A DNA stretch of 62,081 nucleotides, taken from NCBI GenBank assembly GCA_012729725.1, contig JAAYCO010000207.1, positions 1-62,081 on the forward strand. The letters are read 5' to 3'. Source of the stretch: Planctomycetota bacterium (GTDB taxonomy: Bacteria; Planctomycetota; Phycisphaerae; SM23-33). Shown in pieces: positions 40,604 through 50,477 of this stretch; positions within the stretch are counted from its first letter, which is position 1; every line of letters begins with the position of its first letter. A program made the translations under genes and the position numbers. A model generated the notes under the pieces. It was not told where the DNA came from and did not search any database. It saw only the letters and a list, made by a program, of their open reading frames with translations.

Positions 40604-40888
40604 CTAGAACATGTCAATGTGGTGGTCGGGATGCAGCTCCACCATGGCCTTCTTCCAATGCTTGGTGGTGCTGAACCTGTAACCGGCCCGCCTGGGTTTG
40701 CCTTTGCGGTTGGCCGTTCTGACCGCAACCACCTTGACGCTGTAAATCTTCTCGACAGCCTGCTTGATCTGCGCCTTGTTCGCATCGGCAGCCACTTCAA
40801 ACGCATATGAATTGCGGGTCTGCGACTGGTGCGTGCCCTTTTCGGTGACGAGCGGGCGGATGATAGTGTTGAATGAATCGTTACGCAC
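40604..40888 (-). CDS. rplW: 50S ribosomal protein L23
   Basis: P.VTEK, ANK.QIK.AVE, WKKA; GTG start with GGAG RBS. Confidence 0.97.
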   Translation of the reverse strand: MRNDSFNTIIRPLVTEKGTHQSQTRNSYAFEVAADANKAQIKQAVEKIYSVKVVAVRTANRKGKPRRAGYRFSTTKHWKKAMVELHPDHHIDMF

Positions 40889-41513
40889 GTTGGGTCTCCC
40901 GGGCAAGAATCGCGTCCATCGCCTCTCGGGTCACAAGCATCTTCTGCCTGGTGGCAACCTCAAAGGCGTTAAGATCGCCGGCCACGCGGACGGTGATGTC
41001 CGGAATATTGCGGGCGCTGAGATACATGTTCTGATCGTGTTGCGCGAGCGTCAGAAGGCATGACCGGTTGATCTTGAGGTTTTCAAGCACCTTTGCGATC
41101 GGCGCCGTCTTGGGGCTTTCGGCCTTAAGGCCATCGACAACCAGAAGATCGTCGCCAAGCATCTTCGCCAGCAGCGCCGAGTTAAGAGCGGCGCGCCTCA
41201 TACTGCGTGGCATGTCCTTGCGATGGTCTCTGGGCCGCTTGCCGAAGGCATGGCCGCCGCCACGCATAACGTTCGTGCGGACGTTGCCTCTTCGGGCGTT
41301 GCCGGTGCCCTTCTGGCGGTAGAGCTTCTTGGTTGAGCCCTGTACTTCCGCGCGGGTCTTGCTCTTGGCGGTACCCTGGCGCTGGTTGGCGTGGTAGGCA
41401 ACAACCGCCTGCTTCAGCAGGCTTATGTTGACCTCGCCCCCAAACGCGGCTTCATCAACCTTCAGGGTTTCGATCTTTTCGCCGCTCGTATTGTAAACTG
41501 AGACTTCCAACAT
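40881..41513 (-). CDS. rplD: 50S ribosomal protein L4
   Basis: RQGT..KTR.EV, QKGTGNAR, SARNIP. Confidence 0.99.
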   Translation of the reverse strand: MLEVSVYNTSGEKIETLKVDEAAFGGEVNISLLKQAVVAYHANQRQGTAKSKTRAEVQGSTKKLYRQKGTGNARRGNVRTNVMRGGGHAFGKRPRDHRKDMPRSMRRAALNSALLAKMLGDDLLVVDGLKAESPKTAPIAKVLENLKINRSCLLTLAQHDQNMYLSARNIPDITVRVAGDLNAFEVATRQKMLVTREAMDAILARETQRA

Positions 41514-41534
41514 TTCTGGATTCCGCTTTATTCT

Positions 41535-42203
41535 TTACTTGGCCTTGGGCACGCGGGCGGTCTTGCTCTTTTTAACGAAGAGATAGCCGCCGTTGGCTCC
41601 TGGCACGGTTCCCTGGATGAGCAGTAGATTGTTTTCCTTATCCACTGAAATGAGCTTGAGGTTGCGATTGGTGCAGCGTTCGTTCCCCATTCTTCCGCCC
41701 ATTCTCTTGCCCCGTTTGATGTCGCCGCCCCAGCCGCGGGTCGTGCCGTGACTACCGATGGAACCAGGCGAACGATGCTTTCGCTCGGTGCCGTGGGTCG
41801 CGGGCTGACCGCCGAAATGGTGTCTCTTCATGACGCCGGCGGTGCCCTTGCCCTTGCTGGTGGACGTCACATCGACGAAGACGACGCCTTCAAATGTCTC
41901 CACAGTCAAGGCTTGACCGGGCTGGACATCGGAGGCTTCCTCGGCAAGGCGAACCTCGCGGATGAACTTCTGCGGGGCAGCGCCTGCCTTGGCGGCGTGT
42001 GCGATCTGCGGCTTGGTCGCCCTGTGGGGCTTGACCGCCTGGAATCCGATCTGAACCGCGTTGTATCCGTCGCTGGCGACCGTCTTGATCTGCAATACGC
42101 TGCACGGCCCCGCCTGCACGACCGTTACCGGGTGCAGGACGCCGTCCTCGCTGTAGACCTGGGTCATTCCGATTTTTTTGCCTAACAGGGCGGGAAGCAT
42201 CAT
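41535..42203 (-). CDS. rplC: 50S ribosomal protein L3
   Basis: GKKIGMTQ, DGY.AVQ, SKGKG..GVMKRH. Confidence 0.99.
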   Translation of the reverse strand: MMLPALLGKKIGMTQVYSEDGVLHPVTVVQAGPCSVLQIKTVASDGYNAVQIGFQAVKPHRATKPQIAHAAKAGAAPQKFIREVRLAEEASDVQPGQALTVETFEGVVFVDVTSTSKGKGTAGVMKRHHFGGQPATHGTERKHRSPGSIGSHGTTRGWGGDIKRGKRMGGRMGNERCTNRNLKLISVDKENNLLLIQGTVPGANGGYLFVKKSKTARVPKAK

Positions 42204-42208
42204 TTCAC

Positions 42209-42517
42209 CTATGCCTTGATCTTGATAAACACGCCTGCTGGTACGACAAGCCTGTTGAGCGCTTCAGCCGTACGCACCGTCGGCTCATAGATATCGATGA
42301 TCCGCTTGTGCGTACGCATCTCGAACTGCTCGCGGCTCTTCTTATCAACATGCGGGCTACGAAGAACGGTGTAGCGCTCAACTCGTGTCGGAAGCGGAAT
42401 AGGACCACGAACGCGGGCGCCCGTTCGTTCCGCATGGTCGACGATTTCCTTCGCCGACGAATCCAGCGCCCTGTGGTCGTATGCTTCCATCCTGATGCGT
42501 ATTTTGTCTTGAACCAT
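42209..42517 (-). CDS. rpsJ: 30S ribosomal protein S10
   Basis: [20 protein letters not shown]. Confidence 0.99.
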   Translation of the reverse strand: MVQDKIRIRMEAYDHRALDSSAKEIVDHAERTGARVRGPIPLPTRVERYTVLRSPHVDKKSREQFEMRTHKRIIDIYEPTVRTAEALNRLVVPAGVFIKIKA

Positions 42518-42572
42518 GGAGTCCGCTCCAAGTCAGCGGCCTAAGCCGCGGGAATAAATGCAAAGTCTAGTA

Positions 42573-42600
42573 AGTCTACGGATTACGCATGTCCTGTCAA
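42573..42600 (-). promoter_or_regulatory. Putative internal S10-operon promoter
   Basis: TTGACA-16 nt-TAGACT with A-rich upstream tract. Confidence 0.65.
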
Positions 42601-42646
42601 TTGGCTTGTGCGTATTTTTGTCGTTTTTTTGCGTTTTATCTGCACC

Positions 42647-44722
42647 TTACACGTATTTCAGTATTCCCTGAGCCACTGACGACGGCGCGGCGGCATAGGA
42701 ATGCGGTTCCATGCTGTATGCCGCCCGCCCCTGGCTGAGGGAACGAAGCTGTGTACTATAACCGAACATCTCAGAAAGCGGAACCAGCGCTTCGAGCACC
42801 CTAAGCCGCCCTCTCTGCTCCATCTTGTTAATCATCGCCCTTCTGCTGTTAAGGTCGCCGGTAATCGCCCCAAGATACTGGTCGGGCGACGTTACCTGAA
42901 CCCGCATCAGCGGCTCAAGAAAAACCGGAGACGCCTTGGTCACCGCCTCGCCAAACGCCATGGCGCCGGCTCGCTCGAAGGCGGCGTCGCTGCTGTCCAC
43001 CGGGTGCTCTTTGCCATCCAGAAGCACTACCTTGATCTTCTGCATCGGGTAGCCCGCCAGCGGCCCGCTGGTGGCGGCGTCTTTTACACCCTGCTCAACC
43101 GCCTTTACGTACGCCGCCGACAAAACCCCGCCCGTGGTGGCATCCTCGAACTCAACGGCAACCTGGCCTTCCGCCGGCTCGAAGGGCTCAACGCGAAGCT
43201 GCACTACGGCGAACTGGCCCTTCCCGCCGGTCTGGCGGATGAACCTGCCCTCCGCCTCAGCAGCGGCCGTGATCGTTTCCTTGTACGCCACGCTGGGCCT
43301 GCCGACATGAACCTCCAGACCCATGTCGCGCACAATCTTGTTCTTTACGATCTCCAGGTGCAATTCGCCCATTCCACTTATGGTGGTCTGGCCGGTTTCG
43401 CCGTCATAGCGATACTGGAAGCTGGGATCCTCGCGCCGCAACGTGTTCAGAGCATCAACAAGCTTCTGCTTGTCGGCGTTGGTCTTGGGCTCGATGGACA
43501 TCGTGATGACGGGCTCGGCCGCGCTGAGACGTTCAAGAACAATGGGTTTGCGCGAATCGCACAGCGTGTCGCCGGTCAGGCTGTCTCGCAGCCCGATCAG
43601 AGCCACAATGTCTCCCGGGCCCGCCTCGTCGCGCTTGATTCGCTGATTGGCGTGCATTTCCAGAATGCGAGAGACGTTTTCCTTCTTGTCCTGCGTGCTG
43701 TTGAGAACCCGCGAGTTTGGCTTGAGCAGGCCGCTGTACACCCGAGTGAAAAAAAGGTCGCCGTGCTGGTCCGAGACTATTTTGAACACCAGGGCGCTCA
43801 ACGGCTCGTTTTCATCCGGTTTCCGGTATATGACTTTGTCGCCCGTGAGGCTTTCGTGGCCGGGCACCGGCGGCACTTCCAGGGGGCTGGGCAGGTAGTC
43901 CACAACTGCGTCAAGCAGCGCCTGTACGCCGTTGTGCTTGAGCGCCGAACCGCAAAGCAGCGGATGAATGCGGTTGGCTATCGTGCCCGCCCGGATGGCT
44001 CGTATGATGTCCGCCTGCGTTATCTCACGCTCATGGATGTATTTGTCCATGAGGTCGTCGTCAAATTCCGCGGCCACCTCAATCATCTTGCGACGGGCTT
44101 CCTCGGCGGCCTGGGCGTACTGGGCGGGAATATCCTCAATCCTGAGCACAGACCCGACATTGGCGGTGTCGTAGAAGTAGGCCTTCTGCCTGACCAGGTC
44201 GATCTGGCCCGCAAAATCGTCGCCGCTGCCCATCGGCAACTGAACCACGATCGGCTCGGCCATCAGGCGGTTGCGGATTTCCTCGACTACTGCATCAAAA
44301 TCGGCCCCGAGCCGGTCCATCTTGTTTACAAAGCAAAGGCGCGGCACGCCGTATCGCTGGGCCTGATGCCAAACGGTTTCGCTTTGGGCTTCGACGCCCC
44401 CAACCGAGCAGAATACCGCAACGGCGCCGTCCAGCACCCGCAGGGACCGCTCGACCTCGATGGTGAAATCGACGTGGCCTGGGGTATCGATCAGGTTGAT
44501 GACGTGCTCCCGCCACTTCAAGGTGGTTGCGGCAGAGGTGATGGTTATCCCCCGCTGCTGCTCTTCGGGCAGGTAGTCCATCACGGCGGTGCCCTCATGC
44601 ACTTCGCCAATCTTGTACGTGCGGCCCGCGAAGAACAGAATTCGTTCGCTGACCGTCGTCTTGCCGGCGTCAATATGGGCTATGATGCCTATGTTGCGAA
44701 GTTGTTTGAGGTTCTTTGCCAT
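42647..44722 (-). CDS. fusA: Elongation factor G (divergent, str-operon copy)
   Basis: [33 protein letters not shown]. Confidence 0.95.
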   Translation of the reverse strand: MAKNLKQLRNIGIIAHIDAGKTTVSERILFFAGRTYKIGEVHEGTAVMDYLPEEQQRGITITSAATTLKWREHVINLIDTPGHVDFTIEVERSLRVLDGAVAVFCSVGGVEAQSETVWHQAQRYGVPRLCFVNKMDRLGADFDAVVEEIRNRLMAEPIVVQLPMGSGDDFAGQIDLVRQKAYFYDTANVGSVLRIEDIPAQYAQAAEEARRKMIEVAAEFDDDLMDKYIHEREITQADIIRAIRAGTIANRIHPLLCGSALKHNGVQALLDAVVDYLPSPLEVPPVPGHESLTGDKVIYRKPDENEPLSALVFKIVSDQHGDLFFTRVYSGLLKPNSRVLNSTQDKKENVSRILEMHANQRIKRDEAGPGDIVALIGLRDSLTGDTLCDSRKPIVLERLSAAEPVITMSIEPKTNADKQKLVDALNTLRREDPSFQYRYDGETGQTTISGMGELHLEIVKNKIVRDMGLEVHVGRPSVAYKETITAAAEAEGRFIRQTGGKGQFAVVQLRVEPFEPAEGQVAVEFEDATTGGVLSAAYVKAVEQGVKDAATSGPLAGYPMQKIKVVLLDGKEHPVDSSDAAFERAGAMAFGEAVTKASPVFLEPLMRVQVTSPDQYLGAITGDLNSRRAMINKMEQRGRLRVLEALVPLSEMFGYSTQLRSLSQGRAAYSMEPHSYAAAPSSVAQGILKYV

Positions 44723-44729
44723 ATCACAT

Positions 44730-45096
44730 AACGCAGTATAAGTGCGCAAACCATCCATAACCTGCCGAGGCAAGGTTCATGCGCTGGGGAAAGCATTCAC
44801 CATCCGCCCGTGGCGGATTTGCCGATCTTTAGCCTCCGGCAAGGAGGACAGGGCAGACCGGCCCGGTTGTCTTATCTCAAGCGGTCCGAAGACCTTTTCT
44901 GAGCCCCGGCCGTCCTGCGACCGGGGTCGTCCATCCGGAGGCGCCGGCCTACGCTGCCGGTCTTGACAACCTCTATGGACGATTCAATCAACACCGCTTT
45001 TCGAGCTCCTGGAGGGAGCCCTAATGCTAATGTCAATTACTCTATGACAAACTGAACATCATACGCACGCGGCCAGTTAAAAGCACAGGCCCGCGC
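44730..45096 (-). ncRNA. Candidate structured RNA in the rpsG-fusA spacer (family not recognised)
   Basis: Chain of about ten stems including a C(UUCG)G hairpin; G-U wobbles form only on the minus (sense) strand. Confidence 0.45.
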
Positions 45097-45101
45097 AAAA
45101 T

Positions 45102-45578
45102 CTACCACGCAAAGTGAGCGAAAGCCTTATTTGCCTCAGCCATGCGATGCACGTTCTCACGCGTTGACATGGCGGCGCCTTCGCCCTTGTAGGCTGCGAG
45201 CAATTCGTTGGCAAGACGCACATGGGCCGGCTGGCCTTTTCCCGCGCGCACGGCGTCGCGGATCCAGCGAATCGCCAGCGAAAGCTGCCTTCTGCTGTTG
45301 ACCTGCATTGGAACCTGGTAGTTGGCGCCGCCGACTCGCTTTGAGCGGACTTCGATCATAGGCTTGACGTTGTCCACCGCCTTTTCGAAGACCTCCAGCG
45401 GGGGCACGTCCTTGATCTTGTCGGCGATAATGTCCATCGCCCCGTACACAACGCCCTGCGAGGCGAACTTCCTGCCGCCGGTCATGAAGCAATTGATGAC
45501 CTTGCTGACCAGCTTGCTTCCATATACCGGATCTGGCGCCAGCGTCTGGCTCGATGCAGTAAACTTCTTGAATGCCAT
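45102..45578 (-). CDS. rpsG: 30S ribosomal protein S7
   Basis: EVRSKRVGGANYQVP, HRMAEANKAFAHF. Confidence 0.99.
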   Translation of the reverse strand: MAFKKFTASSQTLAPDPVYGSKLVSKVINCFMTGGRKFASQGVVYGAMDIIADKIKDVPPLEVFEKAVDNVKPMIEVRSKRVGGANYQVPMQVNSRRQLSLAIRWIRDAVRAGKGQPAHVRLANELLAAYKGEGAAMSTRENVHRMAEANKAFAHFAW

Positions 45579-45625
45579 GTTCTCTTTCCGTTCGGGAAGG
45601 CGCCCGGCCCGCCCGCAATGTTGCG

Positions 45626-45997
45626 TTATTTGGGTCGTTTCGCGCCGTATTTGCTGCGGCTCTGCTTGCGCTTCTCGACGCCGAGGCTATCAAGCGTTCC
45701 GCGGACTATGTGATATCGCACACCAGGAAGATCCCTGACCCTTCCGCCGCGAACCAGCACGATGCTGTGTTCTTGAAGGTTGTGATCCACGCCCGGAATG
45801 TAGGCGGTAACTTCCTTGCCGTTGCTCAGGCGAACACGGGCGATCTTACGCAGAGCCGAGTTGGGCTTTTTGGGCGTAACGGTCTTCACCAGCAGGCAAA
45901 CGCCGCGTTTCTGCGGCATGCCGTCAAGGGCGAGGTTCTTTTTCTTGGCCACCTGCTTCACTCGCGGCTGGCGGACCATCTGATTGATTGTCGGCAT
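45626..45997 (-). CDS. rpsL: 30S ribosomal protein S12
   Basis: [24 protein letters not shown]. Confidence 0.99.
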   Translation of the reverse strand: MPTINQMVRQPRVKQVAKKKNLALDGMPQKRGVCLLVKTVTPKKPNSALRKIARVRLSNGKEVTAYIPGVDHNLQEHSIVLVRGGRVRDLPGVRYHIVRGTLDSLGVEKRKQSRSKYGAKRPK

Positions 45998-46073
45998 CGC
46001 TTCCTCTTGTAGTTTCCACCGGCATTGCCGGGGTTTCCATGCACATTCGGGCCGAAGCCCGCGTTCCACTTTA

Positions 46074-49000
46074 TCAGCTTTGTCCCGTCAGGGCCTGCTG
46101 AACCGCCTGGGTTATCTCCGCCTCGGTAAGCTCTTCGGGCAGTTTGGGCATCAGTTCAGGCAGCTCGACGTTTTTCTTGATTCTCAATTCCTGATACGGG
46201 CGGAAGCTTGTTCCGGCAGGTATCAGGTGACCGAGAATCACGTTTTCCTTCAGGCCTCTGAGTTCGTCTATCTTTCCGGCAAGCGCCGCCTCGGTGAACA
46301 CCTTGGTGCTCTCCTGGAAGCTTGCCGCGGACAGGAAGCTTTCGGACTGCAAAGACGCCTTCGTCACGCCCAACAGCAGCGTTTTTGCGCTTGCGGGGCG
46401 AGGCCGCTTCGTCTTGGCGGGCTCTTTGCCGGCTGATTCGGCTTCCATGTTCGCCTGCTCGACGCGGTCCTGCGCCACTATCTGGCCCGCGGCGAACTCG
46501 GTGTCGCCAGGCTCCACAATCTTGAGCGATCTGGCGAGCCTCTCATTTTCCTCACGGAAACGGAATTTGTCAACTACGTCTCCGGGCAAAAGTGCGCTGT
46601 CGCCGACCGATTCGATCTTCACCTTGCGAAGCATCTGGTTGACGATGATCTCTATATGCTTGTCGTTGATGTGCACGCCCTGGCTTCGATAGACAGTCTG
46701 CACCTCGGTCAACAGGTACTGCTGCAGCGCCTCCTCGCCGCGAATGGCGAGGATGTCGTGCGGCACCAGCGGGCCTTCCGTCAGCGGATCGCCGGCGTCG
46801 ACATAATCACCTGTGTGCACCAGCAGATGTCTGTCGTGCGGCACGTGGTGTTCGCGTTCCATGCCCGACTCGCTTCGGACGATAATGGTCATCTTGCCGC
46901 GGCGCTTGTCGGTTCTCAACTCGACCCTGCCGGAGATTTCCGCCATGGCGGCGGGATCCTTGGGCTTGCGAGCCTCGAAGATTTCGGTCACTCGCGGCAG
47001 ACCGCCGGTGATGTCCTGCGTGCCGCTGACCTCTCGGGGCTGGCGAGCCAGCAACTCACCCGGCTGAACCATCTGGCCCTCTTCGACCTGTATGCGGGCC
47101 TTGGCGGGCAGATAGTGGAAGTCCAGAATCTTGCCTGACTTGTCCTCGATGACGATTCGCGGGTGCTTCTCGCCCTTGTGTTCGATGACGACCAGGCGCT
47201 TTGACGTCTGTCCTCGCGCGCCGGCTCGTTCGGCTTCGATGCGGACGGTTTCGCCTTCTTCGATATCCTGGAATCGCACGCTACCGGCCGCCTCGGCGAG
47301 AATCGGCACACGGTGCGGATCCCACATGACAAGACGCTGGCCCGGCTTGACCTTCACGCCTTCCTGCACCAGAACTATCGAGCCGTAGGGAACCTTGTAG
47401 CGGTCCAGTTCGCGGCCCTTGTCGTCCAGGATCAGGATTTCGCCGTTTCGCTTCAGTGCGACGGCGTGCTTCTCTTTACCGATCTGCACTTCGACGGCGT
47501 TCATATCAAAGAACTTGGTTGTGCCCGCGACGGTGGCGGCAAGTTCAGATTCCACAACCGCCCTGGTGGCGACGCCGCCAGTGTGGAAGGTTCTCATGGT
47601 CAGCTGCGTGCCCGGCTCGCCAATCGACTGGGCGCCGATGATGCCGACGGCCATGCCTTCCTCGACAAGCTTTCCGGTTGACATGTCCAGACCGTAGCAC
47701 TTGGCGCAGATGCCCAGCGGGCTTTCGCACGTCAGCGGGCTGCGGACGCGGATGCTTTCAAGACCGAGCTCTTCGATCTTCCTGGCTGCTGCTTCGGTGA
47801 TGATCTGGTTCTCGCGGACGATGGCCTCGTCGGTGATCGGGTTGACGATGTTCTCTCTGGCCACCCTGCCGGTGATAACGTCGCGCAGGGGCACGTCAAC
47901 CTGTTCGCCCTTATAGATGGCGCTCTTGGCGACGCCTCGCTGCGTGCCGCAGTCGATCTCGTTGATGATGACGTTCTGGGCGACGTCGGCGAGTTTACGC
48001 GTCAGGTAGCCCGAATCCGCCGTCTTGAGCGCGGTATCGGCCAGGCCTTTTCGGGCGCCGTGCGTGGAGCTGAAGTACTCCAGCACGGTCAGGCCTTCGC
48101 GGAAGTTCGCCTTGATCGGCGTCTCGATGATTTCGCCGCTGGGCTTGGACATCAAACCTCGCATGCCGGCGAGCTGGCGAATCTGGTCGATATTGCCTCG
48201 CGCGCCCGAGTCGCTCATCAACCACACTGGGTTGAGGTAGCCCGGATCATCGGCTCGCTTGTCGTTTTCGAGGGCGTTGAGCAAGCTCTTGGTGATCTGC
48301 TCGCGAGCGTGAATCCAGACGTCAATGATCTGGTTGTAGCGTTCGCCGCTGGTGATAGCGTCGTTTTCGTAATCCTTGATGATCTGGTCGACGCGTTTCT
48401 GCGAATCGGCCAGGATCTTTTCCTTTGTGCCCGGCACGGCCAGGTCGGTAATGCCGAAGCTCATGCCGGCAAGCGTGGACTGTCGGAAGCCCATTGCCTT
48501 GATGCTGTCAAGCAGATCGAGGGTTGCCGCCTTGCCCAGGGCCGCGTAGCAGTCGCTGATGACTCTGCCGGCGCCCTTCTGACTCAGCGGCAGGTTGTAG
48601 AACGCCATGCCTTCGGGAAGGATGTCGTTGAATATGCAGCGTCCGGCAGTAGTTACCAGCCTGCCGTCTTCACATGTGTACTTGCCATCAGACTCGACGA
48701 CCGCAAGGCCTTTAGGCACTCTGAGCAGCACCTTGGCGTGCATGCCGATGCGGCCCATGGCGTGGGCCATGATCGCCTGATGCGGGTCGGCGAATGCGGG
48801 ATACGACTTGCCGTCCTTGTGCTGGACGGTCGGCACATCTTCGCGCACGAATTCCGAACCGTGGTTGCTGGTGAGGTAGTAAATGCCCAGCACGATGTCC
48901 TGCGACGGCGACATGATCGGCAGGCCGCTCTGAGGCGAGAACACGTTGTTCGTCGCCAGCATCAGGACGTGGGCCTCTGCCTGCGCCTCGACCGACAGCG

Positions 49001-50429
49001 GCAGGTGAACGGCCATGGCGTCGCCGTCGAAGTCGGCGTTGAAGCCCTTGCACACCAGCGGGTGAATACGAATTGCGTTGCCTTCCGTCAGCACCGGCTC
49101 GAATGCCTGAATGCCCATCCTGTGCAGCGTTGGTGCACGGTTGAGCAGCACGGGGTGCTGATAGATGACTTCTTCAAGAACGTCCCAGATTTCGCGATCT
49201 CGACGTTCGAGCATCTTCTTGGCCGACTTGATGGTGTCGGCCATACCACGTTCCTTGAGTTTGCGAATGATGAACGGCTGGTAGAGTTCCAGCGCGATCT
49301 TCTTGGGAAGCCCGCACTGGTGCAGGCGAAGCTCCGGGCCGACGACGATAACCGAGCGGGCGGAGTAATCGACTCGTTTGCCAAGCAGGTTTTCGCGGAA
49401 GCGACCCTGCTTGCCCTTGATCATGTCGGTCAGCGACTTGAGGGGCCTTCCGGCGGTTCCCTGCACGGGCCTGCGGCATCTGCCGTTATCGAACAGCGCA
49501 TCCACCGCCTGCTGGAGCATTCGCTTTTCGTTGCGGATGATGACCTCTGGAGCATTGAGATCCATCAGTTTCTTAAGGCGGTTGTTGCGGTTGATGATTC
49601 GCCGGTACAGGTCGTTGAGGTCGCTGGTGGCGAAGTTGCCGCTCTCAAGCAGAACCAGCGGGCGCAGGTCGGGCGGAATGACCGGGATGACTTCCATAAC
49701 CATCCACTCGGCCTTGTTGCCGCCGTCCTCGGCCGCGACTGAACCATGCCGGCCGCTGGTGCGAATGCTTTCCACCAGCTTGAGCCGCTTGGACAAATCC
49801 TTGACCCGCTGCTTCGACGTGGTCTTCTTGAGATCCTCGCGAAGCTCGGCTGTCACAGTATTGAGGTCGAGCTTCTGAAGCATGGTGCGCACGGCCTCGG
49901 CGCCCATCTGGGCCTTGAAGTCGTCGCGATACTTGTCATATGCCGATCGGTATTCGTCCTCGCTGAGCACCTGCTGGTACTTAAGCGGGGTCTGGCCTTG
50001 ATCGGTAACCACGTAGTTCTGGAAGAGGATGATCTTTTCCAGATCGGCGGTCTTCATGTCCAGCAGGGTTCCGAGTCGGCTGGGGAGGGCCTTGAAGAAC
50101 CATATGTGGACCACGGGCGCTGCAAGGTTAATGTGGCCCATGCGTTTGCGGCGCACGCGGCTGTGGGTGACCTTGACGCCGCAGCGGTCGCAGATGATTC
50201 CCCTATGCTTCGTGCCCTTGTACTTTCCGCAGGCGCATTCCCAGTCTCTCTCGGGGCCGAATATCCTCTCGCAGAACAGGCCGTCCTTTTCGGGGCGGTA
50301 TGTGCGATAGTTGATCGTTTCGGGTTTCTTGACTTCACCGAACGACCAGCTTCGGATGTCGTTTGGCGAGGCCAGAGAGATTCTCACCGAACCGTAATCA
50401 TTAATCCTGTCGTATACGCTTTCAGCCAT
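46074..50429 (-). CDS. rpoC: RNA polymerase beta' subunit
   Basis: Zn finger [25 protein letters not shown]. Confidence 0.99.
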   Translation of the reverse strand: MAESVYDRINDYGSVRISLASPNDIRSWSFGEVKKPETINYRTYRPEKDGLFCERIFGPERDWECACGKYKGTKHRGIICDRCGVKVTHSRVRRKRMGHINLAAPVVHIWFFKALPSRLGTLLDMKTADLEKIILFQNYVVTDQGQTPLKYQQVLSEDEYRSAYDKYRDDFKAQMGAEAVRTMLQKLDLNTVTAELREDLKKTTSKQRVKDLSKRLKLVESIRTSGRHGSVAAEDGGNKAEWMVMEVIPVIPPDLRPLVLLESGNFATSDLNDLYRRIINRNNRLKKLMDLNAPEVIIRNEKRMLQQAVDALFDNGRCRRPVQGTAGRPLKSLTDMIKGKQGRFRENLLGKRVDYSARSVIVVGPELRLHQCGLPKKIALELYQPFIIRKLKERGMADTIKSAKKMLERRDREIWDVLEEVIYQHPVLLNRAPTLHRMGIQAFEPVLTEGNAIRIHPLVCKGFNADFDGDAMAVHLPLSVEAQAEAHVLMLATNNVFSPQSGLPIMSPSQDIVLGIYYLTSNHGSEFVREDVPTVQHKDGKSYPAFADPHQAIMAHAMGRIGMHAKVLLRVPKGLAVVESDGKYTCEDGRLVTTAGRCIFNDILPEGMAFYNLPLSQKGAGRVISDCYAALGKAATLDLLDSIKAMGFRQSTLAGMSFGITDLAVPGTKEKILADSQKRVDQIIKDYENDAITSGERYNQIIDVWIHAREQITKSLLNALENDKRADDPGYLNPVWLMSDSGARGNIDQIRQLAGMRGLMSKPSGEIIETPIKANFREGLTVLEYFSSTHGARKGLADTALKTADSGYLTRKLADVAQNVIINEIDCGTQRGVAKSAIYKGEQVDVPLRDVITGRVARENIVNPITDEAIVRENQIITEAAARKIEELGLESIRVRSPLTCESPLGICAKCYGLDMSTGKLVEEGMAVGIIGAQSIGEPGTQLTMRTFHTGGVATRAVVESELAATVAGTTKFFDMNAVEVQIGKEKHAVALKRNGEILILDDKGRELDRYKVPYGSIVLVQEGVKVKPGQRLVMWDPHRVPILAEAAGSVRFQDIEEGETVRIEAERAGARGQTSKRLVVIEHKGEKHPRIVIEDKSGKILDFHYLPAKARIQVEEGQMVQPGELLARQPREVSGTQDITGGLPRVTEIFEARKPKDPAAMAEISGRVELRTDKRRGKMTIIVRSESGMEREHHVPHDRHLLVHTGDYVDAGDPLTEGPLVPHDILAIRGEEALQQYLLTEVQTVYRSQGVHINDKHIEIIVNQMLRKVKIESVGDSALLPGDVVDKFRFREENERLARSLKIVEPGDTEFAAGQIVAQDRVEQANMEAESAGKEPAKTKRPRPASAKTLLLGVTKASLQSESFLSAASFQESTKVFTEAALAGKIDELRGLKENVILGHLIPAGTSFRPYQELRIKKNVELPELMPKLPEELTEAEITQAVQQALTGQS

Positions 50430-50477
50430 TTTTGTGATCGCTCCGCTAGATTTTCGGGCGTCTGTTTTGTTCAGTTC

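Noticed and set aside
44730-45096. Assigning the rpsG-fusA element to 6S, c-di-GMP-I, glmS, raiA, SRP, RNase P or tmRNA
   Set aside because: Only short scattered word matches (e.g. GCAAACC, AGCCUCCGGC, GAUGUUC) in the wrong order or strand; the diagnostic cores are absent.
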